This document shows positions 26,500-42,256 of a stretch of 64,000 nucleotides of DNA, in pieces. The stretch is taken from NCBI GenBank assembly GCA_012295275.1, contig CM022665.1:23684001-23748000 (forward strand), in the 5' to 3' direction. Each line of letters begins with the position of its first letter. Within the stretch, counting starts at the first letter, position 1. Below the pieces are notes generated by a model. It did not search any database. It saw only the letters and a program-made list of their open reading frames with translations, and had not been told where the DNA came from. The stretch is from Chrysomallon squamiferum (taxonomy: Eukaryota; Animalia; Mollusca). The translations under genes were made by a program, and so were the position numbers.

Positions 26500-28374
26500 G
26501 CTAGCTATCTCTCTGTCAAAAAATGCACGTGCACACACATCTATATACATACATACAGATCACTATTATTCATTCCAAACATATTCTCTGTTGTTTATTT
26601 CTTTTTATTATTAAATAAATACGCCTAAAAAGACAGAATATAAGGCAACGTCTTTAATATTCTTTCTCCAAATAAACCAAAACTAAAGCCTCAGACTTAA
26701 CCAAGCGACAAAAGTCAGTGAACTATTTTTCATCTTTTATTACCTATTGATGTTAACATTTATAGCTTACGGCTTTTTATTCAAGATGTATACATTTAAA
26801 AAAAATATACAAACTTCAATGTCCGTATTAGTCAAAGCCAAATATTAGAACAAATATATATATATATATATACACACAGAAATCTTGTAAATCGATCCTT
26901 ATTAATGAGCTGTCTTTTGTCTTCGAGTGATGTATCCGTTTCAAAACAATCTGATATATTTAATAATCATGTTTTTGTGCATTCGTCAATGGAAAAAAAA
27001 AATACAAAGTTTTTTGAGGGATTTTCTTTCTCTATTTATTTATTTATTTATTTAATATTATTATATATTATTTTATTTATTTATTTATTTAATATTATTA
27101 TATATTATTTTATTTATTTATTTATTTATTTAATATTATTATATATTATTTTATTTATTTATAATTTATTTATTTATTATTATATATTATTTTATTTATT
27201 TATTTATTTATTTGTATTTATATTTTTGTGTGTGTGTGTGCAGGTTATGTCTCGAGATTGTATATATTAAGAATCACTGAGTCATTGATTCGAGTCTAAG
27301 AATTTTGTATTGAGATGAACTGATTCGTGGAAACTGGACATGCATGTTTTAGGAATTTTGAAGTACAAATTAAAATTTGCAGCGAGCCTTCATGTCTATT
27401 CCATACGTTTTGCATTAATATAGGAAATACGAAGCCAAGCGCACTACAGGAATTGATAGTTTTATTTCGCATATGCGCGACAAAATACATGTTTGTGTTT
27501 ATTTGCAGTGATAATGAATTAAGAGATCTGAATGGCTTACAAGAGTTTGCAGTGACATGAATTAAGAACTGTGGAGGATATTTACTGTTTGAAGTTTAGT
27601 ATGAATGAAGAGTAATAGATTATTATTTCGATATCAGAAGACCAGTCAAATACTGACAGGAATACACAACAAGCTTTGGAAGTCCATCGGGCACATCTTT
27701 TTTTGTTTTAAGTCTTTAGCCTCAGGAGACCAGAAATATGTTACGTGAGAGAGAGAGAAAAAAAAAAAAAGCCTGTCGGAGAAAACATTTAACAGAGCAA
27801 ACAATATTTACTAATTGTTCATTGCTGGAAAACTCTTTGTGGACCGTCATTAACGCTAATTGTAAAGGCAAACCAGAAGGTAAAACAGTTTCCAAAGTCA
27901 TTAAAGATAATTTCAGAAAATTAGGTCAATGTTATATTCGATATTCACAGTGTACAAATGTCAATTTTATTTTTCTGTATTGATTCTTTATTCTTTTTTT
28001 TTTTTTTTTTTTTTCTTTCTTTCAGTTTCCCGGAACAGAAAATAACACACTTTTGAAAGGAATCCATTTTTCAGTGAATATAGATAAATAACCATATTTT
28101 TGATACAGTTCTAGTATTAAGAGCTTCTGACCAATTTTTCTTTACATTCCATGACAAAAAATCCGGCAAATAAAATAATATCACAATTACATTATTAATA
28201 TTTTATTACTTTCATATTTATGTCAAAATATAAATTTAATGTAAGTTGAATATTTCATTCAGATAAAAATATATACTTATGGGTATTTAACTCATGATTT
28301 ATATTCTGTATGTATATTATTTGTAAAAAACAATTAATTAAAATTGGATGTTTACGTATATATATATATCATGC

Positions 28375-28530
28375 TGTATGTGTTTGTATGTATGTATGTA
28401 TGGATGTATGTATGTATGTATGTATGTATGTATGTATGTATGTATGTATGTATGTATGTATGTATGTATGTATGTATGTATGTTTGTATGTATGTATGTT
28501 TGTATGTATGTATGTATGTTTGTCTATATG
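28375..28530. repeat. (GTAT)n tetranucleotide microsatellite
   Basis: Directly visible; source of the spurious MYVC-repeat ORFs. Confidence 0.95.
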
Positions 28531-29009
28531 CATGGCAGCAATTCGTATACAGTATTATAGGATTTACGCCAAACCTAATTTCTAAGAAATAATCTATTTT
28601 ATCCTTTTCATTCAAGATAAAATGAACAGACTTCAAATGCATGTAAGTGACTTTGGAATCAATTACATTACTGTTTAAATACATTTTTTTTTTTTTCTTG
28701 CATGTTCAAAATAAAAATCGAATTTCCTGTCAAGCAGCGGGTTTCAATGAGTTACATGTAAATTGATTTCAAGCTCGGTAGGCACAGGATCTGGATGTGG
28801 GAAAAGAGCTGTGTTTCAAGGATATCACACGTAAAATCAGAATCCTTCAGCTTAAATGAGCGGCTCACTGATAAAAAGGATTTTAGTTTCTTAAAAAAAA
28901 AATAATAATAATAATAAAAAAAGGAAGGTAAAATACGTAAACAAAATGAGCTAATGCTGTTTTGCAGATATACGTGTACGTGAGTCTGTCTGTCTGTGAT
29001 ATGTAGATG

Positions 29010-29315
29010 TCCAGATAGATAGATAGACAAATAGACAGACAGAAAGACAGAAATATAGAAAGACAGATAGAGAGATATACAAATAGATAGACATACAGAG
29101 AGATAGATAGATAGAAAGATAGATAGACAAATAGACGGACAGAAAGACAGATATATAGAGATACATAGATACATAGACACATAGACAAATAGACATACAG
29201 ACAGATAGGTAGGCAGAAAGATAGATAGATAGACAGACTGATAGAAGGATGGATGGATGTATAATGGATGGATGGATCATGGATGGATGGATTGATAAAT
29301 GGATACATACATACA
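29010..29315. repeat. Compound (GATA/GACA)n and (GGAT)n microsatellite
   Basis: Directly visible; source of the spurious 121-142 aa ORFs. Confidence 0.9.
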
Positions 29316-30613
29316 CAGTCGTTGATAAAGACGAATTGTTCTACTTATATTAAAATAAATGGACTTCAGAAATTGTAAGCCCTTCTTTATTTTTTTTTAA
29401 TAAAATTCTAACAACAGAAATAATTTTCAGAATACTCAGATTCAGAACATTTTGTATTTCGTGATATACTATCAGGCGATTTTCTGAATTTGTAGCGAAT
29501 AGCTGAAACTAATCCTTCTTGTACGTACGTATTCTCTTGAGACTGTTTTTATGAGATGGTAAAATAGCTGACACAGGATTTGTTTTAACCAAACGACCAT
29601 CAGAGATGTATGTACAGTTTTATCAGCGACATGATTTTAATTAGATCCCTTGGTTTCATGTCAAACTCCGGAATTTCCTCGACAAAATTAATTAATTATT
29701 TGGATCATATTACACAGATTATGATTTATTTTTTTAGCAGTATCTTCACATATCACATTGAAAAACAGAAGGAAAAATGTTTTAATGTATCAAGAATTAA
29801 TTATAAAATTATTAATTGTTTTATTTATTTTTTATTATATATATATATATATATACATAATTTAACAAATTCATAATTTTTGTATTACTTCGAAAGACAG
29901 ACTTTTAACTCATCGAACAAACACACTCTCTGTGAATTGTATAGTAACTACATTTAAAAATAAATATGTTTAAGACACTAACATAGACTGAACCTCTGAG
30001 CTGTTTTAGTCCGAATTTATCGGTTATGTTTAAATTAAATTTCTTTAAGGCACTGTTTTATACTCTAAACTTTTCAGTTTTATATATATATATATATAAT
30101 TTTTTTTTTAAATCTCTTTAAATGAATGTTTTAGTCTCACACGGTGTTTTCTGATAAATATCTCAGACTGCGTAATATGCTCTATTTTATTTGAAATAAA
30201 TATCTTCACAACCTTTTTTTTTTTTTTTTTTTTTAGACTTAGATAAACTTCCAAATGTTCAGTTGCATTTAAAACATGACTTTTTTTATGACATAGTTTT
30301 TAATCAAAAGTGTTAAATTTAAAAATATTTTTTAGCATACTGTGTTGCTTTAGACAGCCTTACGACGCTATCGTGGCATGTAATCCAGACAGGAACAAGT
30401 CATGGCTGTTACACGAAAAACACTGTTGTAAATATCATGTTTTATTTGATCAAGCTAGCATATTTATTTTATTATCTACGACTGCTTTAACCAGTAACAA
30501 GCCAAGAGCGCCCCATTAATCCCTATTGATGGAAGACGAGATTTTAATTACCATACATATAATTGAATTGGCAAGTTTAGTGTTCTGGTTAGCATGCAAA
30601 TAGAATATATATA

Positions 30614-30658
<45 letters not shown>

Positions 30659-31384
30659 ATTATTCTTTTTTATTCTTTTTTTTTAATTTTTATTTTAATT
30701 TTTTTTTCCCCCATTTTGTACAGATAAATCAGATTCCAAAACTGTTTATCCTTTAAACGTAAATTAATCACATGCAATGATTATATATTGATAATTATTC
30801 CTAAAACTACTAATATTAGTTTTATCATAAAGCAAGACTGCATATCTTTGTAGTCTTAAGAATATCAAATGATACACAAAAAAAAATAAAAAAAGGTCTT
30901 ATATATATATATATGGATTACAGTCACCAACCGCTTTCCGAGTTATGGTATGATGCATTTTGTCATTCCGAATCTGCTAAGTCTAAATATATATAAAATA
31001 AAATGTGTAACCAGTAATCAACATAATAATAGCAGAACATCGTCATGGTGTATAATATGATCAGCAGACATTTTCTGTTGTTCATTCGTTTAAATAATGT
31101 GTGATAAGGAGATTTCCACGACAACCGTAGGCTAAGTAGATTAATTTCATTATAATTGCGTTTATTTAAAAACAAAAATCAATTATTATAACCAGATATG
31201 TTAAAAATTAACACATTTTTTACAAAAATATGATACGACATAAACTGTAATAAAGAAAACGCTTTAGTAACTTTTGTTTTCCCCAGTAAATAATTGTCAT
31301 AACAAAGAATCGTACACACATCTAAATTTTATCTACTTGACAGTATGAAAGGTTTTCTAAAATCTCCGATGATTCACCTTCCAA

Positions 31385-31455
<71 letters not shown>

Positions 31456-34400
31456 CAACAACAATAATAATAATAATAAATTAATAACTGTTATGAATAC
31501 GACATTATTTATCACAAAAAATGAGGATGATGTAACTGAGTATTGATAAAGAACTCATTGTCATACATGCAGTTTCATCTCGAATGTTAATAATGAACTG
31601 ACATGTCTTTGGAACTTAATGAATGTATTCTGTCACAAGACAGATTTCTTTTCTTAACGTCTATAATTGCGTAACGGTCATTAAAGTACTAATCAATATT
31701 TGTCTGGAATAATCACTGATCTGAATGAATGGACGGCACTGAAGAGATTTACGTTACTTCCTTAACGAGAAAAAACACACTAGAATTACTAAGAAGAAAA
31801 TGTTATTTTACGGTTTTCTGAGTAAAAACGGTTATTTGTAGTTTCTCGGTAATTAATGAGATCTAAGAAAACAAGCAGTCTTAATTTCTTCCGTTGACAC
31901 TAGTTGTAACTGAACTTTAAAGAACAAGTACTACGGTTAAGAGAATCTGTTTTTTCTAAGAACTGTCTTTGTTACCTGCTTCACATTAAAAATATAAAAG
32001 AATACAAGCTGTTGTGAACATAATGAATATTTGTTTAATTATACGTCAAAATATCTTAATATTAAAGTTCATTAAGTGTTGTTAGTGTGAGTCTGATATA
32101 ATGGTAATAGTGAAGAAACAAAGGGGTCCTAAACAGTCAGTTATTGTGGATATCTGTTTTGTTTAAGACGGGAAAATACTGAGGATGGCATTTCATAAAT
32201 TGACAGTGGGGCAATGAATTAACAGAGAAGCAGTGTCTGAATAGACAAAGGACGCTGAGGCAAGATCTGATCGTGAGGACTTTTACGCCATAAGGAAAGA
32301 CGCCAACCATTTAACTATAGTTCACGCGGATTCTGTTTAGATTAATTTAATATGATTATATATCATCTTAAAACTTTTGTTGGGTTCTTAAGTATAACTT
32401 CTAATTAACATTTCTTTATATCTTAATAAATGTTCGTATATTACGATGTTGTTTCGCTGTTTCCCTCCATTCAACCATCATTTTGTCGTGCATTTTTGAA
32501 TTATCGATAAACTGAAATAATCACTATCAAACAGTTCAAAACTGTCAGAGTGATTTATTTTAAAAACAGCTGAGACTGTGTAATTACTGAGGTAACTTAA
32601 TTGCTAACAGAAGCCAGATGGCTTCATTAACATTAAAAATAAAATTAAAAACAATTCTCAGCCTAAAAATACCACTTCAGAAACCAAGGAATAAAGAAAA
32701 GCCATAGTGATTTAAAGTATTTCAGTGCATTTCCAATATATCAAGTGTTTTCGGTTTTCCCATCGATCAGTATAACTGCTGTTGAGAAACACATAAATAC
32801 TATATTAATCCAAACCTATAATCAAACTGGTCAGCGTATTTGCACCCGGAAACCTACAAAGTGGCAGTGGAAGATAAGATAAATTATTTAATCGAAACAC
32901 ACTGATCATTATAAATGTATTGTTATTAGGATTCTCGATATGTTTTATGGAATTATCTTTTATTTGCTAACCTAAGCTTGTTATAGTAAGCAATGAATAC
33001 GTAAGTATCTAAATAACTAGATGAAATATAATAATTTTTCCATCTAAATTTCTTTTATTTATTTATTTTAATACTGTTGGTATGATGTTTATTTGTTTTT
33101 GAGGGAGGGTTGTTGTTTTTTGTTGTTGTTGTTGGTGGTGGTGGTGGTGGTGGTGGTTTTTTTAAACGTAATATATTTTTTTCTGTGGTCGATGCTGCTT
33201 CGCTGTTACGAACATAATGTTCGTAGATACTGAAACCTTTAGTTAATTGAGGACGGTCTGTATCTTATCAGTTCAGCGTTTTTCTCTGTTTCTCAACCCA
33301 ACCAGTGGTTCACAATAATATTATGATGGTTAAACAAACACCCTCTCCTGTTTGTGAGAAGGTGCTTATAAAAGACCACTTGCTGCGAAACGAAACATTC
33401 TAATTTATATGATGGCCTCAGCGAATTTACTCTCTCAATATTTTTATCATGCATAATAGCAAATAAAATAATAATAATAATAATTTTTATAATAAAATCT
33501 GTTGAATGCATTCTGAAATAGATAGTATGTAAGTCTACCACATCGACAGTTCATTCCTGGACATTGGTTCTGGCAGATATCCAAGATCATGGATCATATT
33601 CCCGAGTCCCATATTCTTCACTAAAGTTTCTTGGGATTAGCATATTAAAACGTTTTCTCTCCGAAAATCCTAGAATCTTAATAGGATTTCAGCATGGAAA
33701 TACGTTACAAACAAACTGTAGTAAATGTTACAGTTTATTAAGACAGATGTTTTAAACAGATGATCAAATGTAGCATGGTGGAACGTTCACGAATCCTTAG
33801 GCTTAACCTACACAGATCTTTGATTTTATTTGATGATTGAATTAAAGTCTGTTTAAGTTACCACGAGGGTATTATTAAGTACTAGGCTTTGTTTGCGTTA
33901 TCTAGTATACGACTTTAATTTCATCGTGTGCGTTATAAGGTGTCCATATACATCATGTCAAAAAACATTTTCATCTGAAGAACGTATTTCACTCTTAATA
34001 GGCTGATGGAGTTTTATTTGTGAAATCATAATCTCTACAAATCAGTTTACGCTTGACGACGGTTTTAAGGATGTGTCATTTTAAAGTCTGTCTGACGAAA
34101 TCGTCCGTTTATTGAATAATTGTGTGTCCTTCACCTTTGATGTGTTTACCCTACGAGTAACTCGCTCGGCTTTGTCAATTCTGAAGTCAAGACAAAAATG
34201 TCTGCAAGGTGACGGTGTGCACGAGTTAGCACTTTCAAAGTGGACGGTTTATTAATCTGTTGGTGTGAAAAGTGATGAATGGGGATGCCCGAAAATGCTC
34301 ATATCTTAACAGCGCGTCTTGCCTAAATCTCGGAATTGGTTCCATTCAACAGAACCAATTAAGAAAGATTCTTGCATACATAAAGTCATTAATTCCGAGT

Positions 34401-36292
34401 ATGATTCGAGTCATGAAGGTGACAGAACGTGTTGCGAGTGAACCTTTGTCCGTTTGTTCACCCGATTGTCCGCTGATAGTAGTAGTGGTGGAATACTCGC
34501 AGAGAAAAAAAAAAAAAAATGGTTTAGTTGGTGATAGCCAACTCTCCTGTATGAATGCACTGGCTAACCGTTTGTTTAGGGTTAACTTATTTTCGTTGTT
34601 TAAGTGTCGTGTGTTTTTGGCACGCGGTTCTAAAGCGGCGGATATAAAACAATATTAATTTGTTTTTATTTGATTAATACTTAGTGTAACTCTCCCAAGA
34701 ATTCGTTAAGACACTGAATTAGTTTACAGTAGAATAGTAATCGAAACGCATGTGCTAACATATCTCACATAAGCCAGATAGAATACACAGATATGTCGAT
34801 CTTTATCTTTTTATAAAAATACTACTTTTTAAGTTCCTTCTTTATTTTTAATTTTTTTGTTTTACTCTTTGTTTCCATAAAAACTGAATACACTCAGTTT
34901 ATGATACAATTTTAAAACTACAGAAATGTTCACTTTGCCAGACACCGACGAATCCGTCCCAAACCTACAACAAAGTCATCACAATGTTCTTTTCAGTTTG
35001 CACAACTCTGTTGTCTGTGTTATATTCTGGGTCAGTATTGGACACTCGAAGCAAACAACCATGTAACTGAATAACTCTGAAATGTCAACTACAGCATCGT
35101 GTCACCAGACATTTCTTAACTGCTCATTATGTTGATGGCAACTCTCTTTTGAAAAGTCTGTGGTAGCTTATTATCTGTGTGATATTTAAGCCCACATTGT
35201 TTGAATTCATATTCCTCTGGAGAACATCGTCAATACAAACATAGTTGTCTCAGTTATTGCACTGCCAGTGAGAGACTGTAATTGTTGGAGATAACGAAGG
35301 AAAGCCGAAGGGCCGACACGAGTATTGTCTTCGCTTTCCTTTGATTAAACCTTCCCTCACTTCTTCTCAAACGATAATATCTATTTATGTCACGAACTAA
35401 CCACATTGGTGTGTATTTCGGGTTCCAACGCGATATCCTTTTCGCATCATAAGAAACTTCCAACTTCTTATCAACCAGTATAATTCTTGAGATACAGAAA
35501 ATCACGGGAAAATAAAGAAGTTTAATAAAGAAGAGGATGTTAAATACCGCATCCATATCAACGCAGGGGAAAAGGTGCACGAGAATCAAAGAAAGAATTA
35601 TGTTATAATTTATTAGAATTTAAAAAAAAAGAGTGCAGCATACTTAAAAGACTGAATAAAAACTGTCAAATGTTGTTAAATGATAAGGACCATTTTTAAG
35701 GATAAGAAAAAATTTGAAACACCGGTGACGGATTAATAGTTTTTATCCAAAAGTCCTGTCACTGATTTATTAAGAACTATTAACGAAGTTTATTCTTCAC
35801 AAATTGATATTATTATTATTATTATTTATCAAATGAAAGAAAACAAAAAGACAGATGGATGTTTTGACATTTTGCTTTACAATCAAAATGATTTATATGT
35901 CATTGACAATCATATTTTAAACTTTAATACATCAGTTCATATATTTTGTTCAATCTTTTTTCCTTTTTATTGGTAACTTTTTCAGATAAATTTCGGTGCC
36001 TGAAAACGGAACATTTTATCAGCTAAATGTCATTGTATTTGTTTATCTCCCTTGATAAAATATTTATTCGTGTGACTTATTAATGCGTCGCATAATGCAC
36101 GCCTTTGACTTTTTGGTACTGGAATCAGTATGGTAAATGGCATGAATTTGGACGAGAAATTCAGAGTATCGTGATATCATGAAGATACATATAATTAAAA
36201 AACTCGACTTAATCTTTCAAAATTAAATGTAATTGTTTTGTTTTGTTTATAATAAAGACTAACTGAATCGTATGGTAGGAAGAAGAAGGAAT

Positions 36293-36379
<87 letters not shown>

Positions 36380-36478
36380 GTACATTTCTAAAGAACTGCC
36401 AATAGCTCGATTCTTGTTCATATGTAAGATGTTAATGATGATGACGACGCCGCGTATGTTAACGATCATCATCAGCAA

Positions 36479-36565
<87 letters not shown>

Positions 36566-37207
36566 TATTGTTATTACACAGTCTGGACCTTCATTATCGT
36601 TATTATAACCACATTATCATCGTCATATGTCATTAGTGCCTAGATTCCAAATCCAGCAACCATCAACTTTCCATATCTTTAAATAAAGGTCTAATTGTTT
36701 ATTTCCAGTTTGCATTCAAGCATGTGCGCATGGATCATATGGTTATTCTCTCTCCTTGTAGTCAACCAAATAATGAGAAAAATTTCCATCTGAAACCCAT
36801 TAGCTGCTTGTCGGTGTCGAGACCGATGACTTGTGGCACTGTTGGCGGGTTTGCACATTACTGTCTGTCGTGATAATGGAAAACACATGTTTCATTAACA
36901 AGAAATATGACCCGATGTATTTGATGTCAGGGGTATTTTTGATTCATTGAAACCGCAGTGAGTAACTGAAATTATCAGATTGTATTAAAAATTAAAAATA
37001 AATAAATAAATAAAAAAATAAAAATAAAAAAAAAAGTAAAGAAAAGAAAAAGAAAAAGACTTCTGTGGTTGAATTAACAGTATTAAATATATAACATTAT
37101 TGGTTTTCTTCTGCTCTAGATTTTTTTTTTTATTATTATTATTATGTTGTTGTTTAATCCAGGAGGCTTTCATGTTTATATTTTGGTGTGGATTTAGTGA
37201 GGTTTCC

Positions 37208-37290
<83 letters not shown>

Positions 37291-37343
37291 TAAACCGCTT
37301 GTTTTTTTTTTTTTTTTTTTTTTATTACTGTTTTACTTATTAT

Positions 37344-37381
<38 letters not shown>

Positions 37382-37941
37382 CTGTTTTGTTCTTTTCAAG
37401 GCCAGTAACTCCTTTACAAGCGTTTTTACATTATTTTCAAATGCTTATACCTATACATATATCCTATGGATTTCCTGAAGTACATAAGCAGTCACACGCG
37501 GAAAATATCCAGGAGAAGCAGACAAATCACAACTGTGTATAAGCCGTGAGGAAAATGGTGTCAGAAAAGCAAATATTTTATTTGACGATTCTGCTGAAGC
37601 TGACGACAATAAAGCTGAAAATGATTACAAAGGCTGTCCATCACACAGACTAATTTGCTATTGTTAATAAAGCGTTATTTATTTTTCCTAAATATTTATA
37701 GGTTAATTAGCGAACAGATGAATAAATGAAGGAAAAGAAAACAAAGGAAGAAAGAACGAATAAGTAAATGAATGAACAAATCAGTGAATAAATCAGCGTA
37801 AATAGAAAACGACATTTTGGTGACATTTTCAAGTCGTACAGAGTTAATCTGTTTAAGAGTATTTTGCAAAAACAATCACTAAATAATTCAGTCTGTTCTG
37901 AGACAAACTTCTTTGTAAATAAAATAATTCGTTAGCATTTT

Positions 37942-37973
<32 letters not shown>

Positions 37974-38381
37974 CACCCTAACAGTAATAAAAAGGCGCCA
38001 TGAAGGCAATTGCTCTAGTTATTAAAGTCCTTTCAGAGATGGAAATCTAATATTCGTAACTAATTATATATCTTGACTTCATTAATTAGGTTATTGTTAG
38101 AAAGAAAAGCCGACAGTAAGACTTGACAACGTCACATTCTGAACATGTATTAATATTTTTTATTGACAGGACTGGTTCTGTGTTGAAACTGTTTCTCATT
38201 CTGCAGCCAGTTCTTGCCTGTAGCAAAGATTTAGTTTAACTGACATAGAAAATTAAGTCTAATCAGTTTTGTTAAATAATAATAAAAATTTAGAAACACA
38301 GAAAACATTTATTCTAAGGCTTACTAACTGACCTAAACATAGGATTACGGTTTGATATTTTCTGACTTTTTTATTATTATT

Positions 38382-38422
<41 letters not shown>

Positions 38423-39661
38423 ATGTGTGCGTGTGTGTATGTTATTCTTATTTATTCACTTAAGCCAGAGATCAGGATTAATCTGTACAGATTACATCAC
38501 ATATTTAACCAGATTTGTTTTTCAATTCTCATATTCAAAACACTCAACACACCTAATTTATAATTATTTTTAGTTTTCTTCGAACTCCCTAACCTCTATC
38601 TTTAACAGAAGGTTTTAAACAAACTGTGTTACACATTTTGCCAGAAATTTATTCTTTGAACTATAAAATCAAAGTTCAGTCTCTTTCTAGGCTTATTTTC
38701 TAATTACACAATTCTACAAAACTGCCATTAAGCAGAGGATCTTAACAATATTTGTTGCAATCTTGCCATCGATTTCTCATTTAAAATATGATATCGCCTA
38801 ACTCATTTGGCGTTTTACTCTTCGTCAGAACTCATATTCTTTCTGCCAAAACAGAATTACTTATTTCTGGTCGACTTCATTAATGTCCAGAAACAGGATT
38901 AATTTATTTCCATTCAGGATAACCTACTTCTGGACATATAAATAAATAAGATTCTAATTCTGTTGCCGTTTGTTTGCTAATGTAAACTGGGGTCAATAAA
39001 TAAGTCGAAATGTATCTTATTTAAATCTGTCTTGGGAACGCATCCAGCCAGAAATCGGATGAAATCAGACCAACAGTTACCTGAAACCATTCCTTTCTGA
39101 GACACTGGAATTGGTTTTGAGTGAGTAACGGAGAGAACAAGTCAGTGCTGATGTTTATGAAATACATTAAAGGGAACTGTATTCTGTTTCTAACCATAAT
39201 CAGCTTCAAATTTATGATTTGTTTACTATTCTTTCGGCACATTTTGTTAATAAAGTTTAATACGCAGAAGTTATCCATTTATTTATTCAGGAACATCATG
39301 CCTTATATTACTACCTTTATTAAGAATTATTTTACATTCTAGAGTTACTGCTCGTGCAAACAGTCTATTTTGTACAAGGATGAGATTTTAATATTATTTC
39401 TATTTAACTGCATCCATTTTAATCACTTTTCTTTTCTTTTTCTTATTTTCCTTTTATTTATTTTGTTCTTGATCCATGACTAATGCCTTTCAGATGAAAT
39501 TCTTAACTATAAAAAAAGTATATGTTCTCTTTCACAAAGAAACTTTTCAAGTGCTCAGTAACAAGAAGACTGTTATCTCCGGATCAGAGCTTGTGACGTT
39601 ACTGAACACGGCATGTGTTTGTTAATCGGGATAGTAAGGTTTCGTTTAGCTTTTTGTAGGG

Positions 39662-40075
39662 AAAATGTTGAAAACGAAGTTATTATATCTATTAGAGATA
39701 TATCTTAAATGCATCGTAAGTAACGTTAAAGCTTTTAAGTGTTTGTTTTCTGTACCATGACTAATGACAACATTCGAAAGTGCATCATAGTCATGTGATT
39801 CTAAAAATATATAAAAAAATAAAAATGTTGTTTGACGTAAAACTCTTGGAAGAAAACAAGACGTTTCTCTGTTAACTGTTCTCTGAAATTTATCTTTTAT
39901 TAGATTGAAATGTTGAAAACGAAGTTATTATTTCTGTTAGACAGATATCTAAAATGCATCTTAAAGCTTTTAAGTCTATGATTTCTGTACCATGACTAAT
40001 GACAACCATCAAAAGTTTCTCAGATAGTAAAGAGATATTGTTTGACGTAAAACTTACGACAGAAAACAAGATGTT
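39662..40075 (+). repeat. Diverged direct duplication, two copies offset by ~245 bp
   Basis: Shared ordered blocks AAATGTTGAAAACGAAGTTATTAT, TTAAAGCTTTTAAGT, TTCTGTACCATGACTAATGACAAC, TTGTTTGACGTAAAACT and AGAAAACAAGA at ~39662-39865 and ~39907-40075. Confidence 0.88.
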
Positions 40076-41610
40076 ATATTTTTTAATGATTCTCGTAGAT
40101 TTATGTTAGGATACTTTCTATCAATTGAGAGATTTCGACGTGTAATCAACAGTTTATCCATTTGTGATTTTCGTTTCTATTTTAGTTTAGAGCAAATCCA
40201 CAATCAGAAATACAGCACTCTATTACAAATCTACTTTCAATGAATTTTAAGACATGATTAAACTTACAATTAACAAATTGTTGTCATTTACAAGAGTAAA
40301 TGGAGAGTGGCTTTAAATAATAGATTACGAAGCACTCACATAATGGTCTACTTGATTCGATTACGATTAATGTTGATGTTATCAAATTTAACTGTTTCGC
40401 AGAGAGCATAAAAATTCGTTTAAGTCGTCCCATAGTGGTTCCAAAAACCGACACTAAATGACAATAATAAATATAGAAACAATGAGTACTATACAATTAC
40501 TGTTTCGATGATCTTAGTCGCTGAGCCTTAAACATCCATTTGATCAAACGGACATTACTAATCGATATGAAACGTCCTTAAAACTCTGTTGACGGACTGC
40601 CGTGTTATTCACAGAGAGAATGATTTCCATTTGGACTATTGTAATAAAACGAGCCCATTCAAGAATCTGGATAGAAACGCGAAAACCATATTAATTACCT
40701 CTGCAATTAAGAATTAAATCTCACTTGTCATGGTGAGTGTTGACTGTCTGGTCTGGGATAATGATACATAGTTCAGTACTGAAATGAAAACGTAAAAAAA
40801 GAAAAAAAAAAGAAAAAAATCTTAACGTGAAAGTGGTCTGTGAGCACAGTGTTATTTCTATTAGCGGACAACAACGAAAAAAAAAAAAAAGCCTGCAGGA
40901 TGTAGTGGTATAGAAAAAAAATAAATACATAAACGATAAGTTAACTGAGTCTATTGAACTGATGACCGGCAAACATCTGAGATTGCATCCTTTTTACATA
41001 TAACAGCCAGTCAACGTTTAACAGTACCAGTACCAATTAATTCATGATTACCTTAATTATTTAGCATTAGTAACCCATCAGTCTTTTGAAACTGCATTGT
41101 ACTTTAAAGGCGAGAACATGGCATCATTATTAACAATTTTATAATGGAAATGTTTCATACAAATGAGGAAGTCAGTTAGACGAAGCTGAATCAGACATAT
41201 TTGTTTATTAGCAGCTAATTAGACACATGTAGACGACTATTCTTGTATTCTGGTCTAAGGGACATTAGGCATTCATAGAGACTTTCTGTACAGGTGATTT
41301 CAGATTGAGCCTTTTGTCACCTACGCTGAAAGCAAAATGCGGAGATTACATGCTAATCCGTTCACACATATAATATACACATGTACTCAGGTATCCATTT
41401 TAAGTACCATTTCTGTGTATAGAAACTCGTTATACGAATGGTCTTGGAGTGATGATTGACTACGGTGTGAAGAAAAGAAAGATATGAATTACTGACAGGC
41501 ACACGTGCCTTGTGACAATGGGTTCATATGTGAAGAGTTCGATACTGTGATGGTTTGTGCTTAGCAAATCCAGATACGAAATCAGACGATATTCAAAACA
41601 AGATTATCCT

Positions 41611-41653
<43 letters not shown>

Positions 41654-42209
41654 TTTAAAATTTGTAAAAAATGTATTATTATTAATATTTTTGCTTTACC
41701 CCCAAAATTTGTAATTTATTTCTATAAAAATCGGTTAATACAGACAAAATTAATGTTTGTTTACGATAGCCAAGAATTCTATTTTTATACAATAATTGCT
41801 CAGTGCCAAATATATAATTATCGCGTGGTGTGATGCGTGAAAGTAGACTAACGTGTCATTCCTACTGATCAAACATGTTGTTTTATTCTTAACTTTCATA
41901 CAGAGAGGAAATATATCAGCACTTTATTGCATACTGTTTCTTTTATGTTTGTTTTGTTTCTTCTTTCTTTTCCTTTTTCTTTCTTTCTTTCTTTTTTTAT
42001 TTTCTTTTACCTTTTTCTATTTCTAATTTTATTTCTTTTTTATTATTTTTCATTATTATTTTGTTGTTAGGATTTTTTTAGTGTTTTGGTGGTGTTTTTT
42101 TTTTGGCTTGTTTGCTTTTATTAGTCTATATGAGTATTTGTGAGATATCTTTGCATTTATTTGTGTTTGTGTATGGATGCATATGTGTTTGTGTGTATGT
42201 GTGTATATG

Positions 42210-42256
<47 letters not shown>

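Noticed and set aside
28310-29316. Overlapping 70-142 aa ORFs (MYVC and SIYL repeats)
   Set aside because: Tetranucleotide microsatellite artefacts.
34272-35589. 128-aa and 111-aa ORFs inside globin C intron 1 as nested genes
   Set aside because: Non-ATG starts, no recognisable domain, a poly-A run inside one, and no consistent exon structure.
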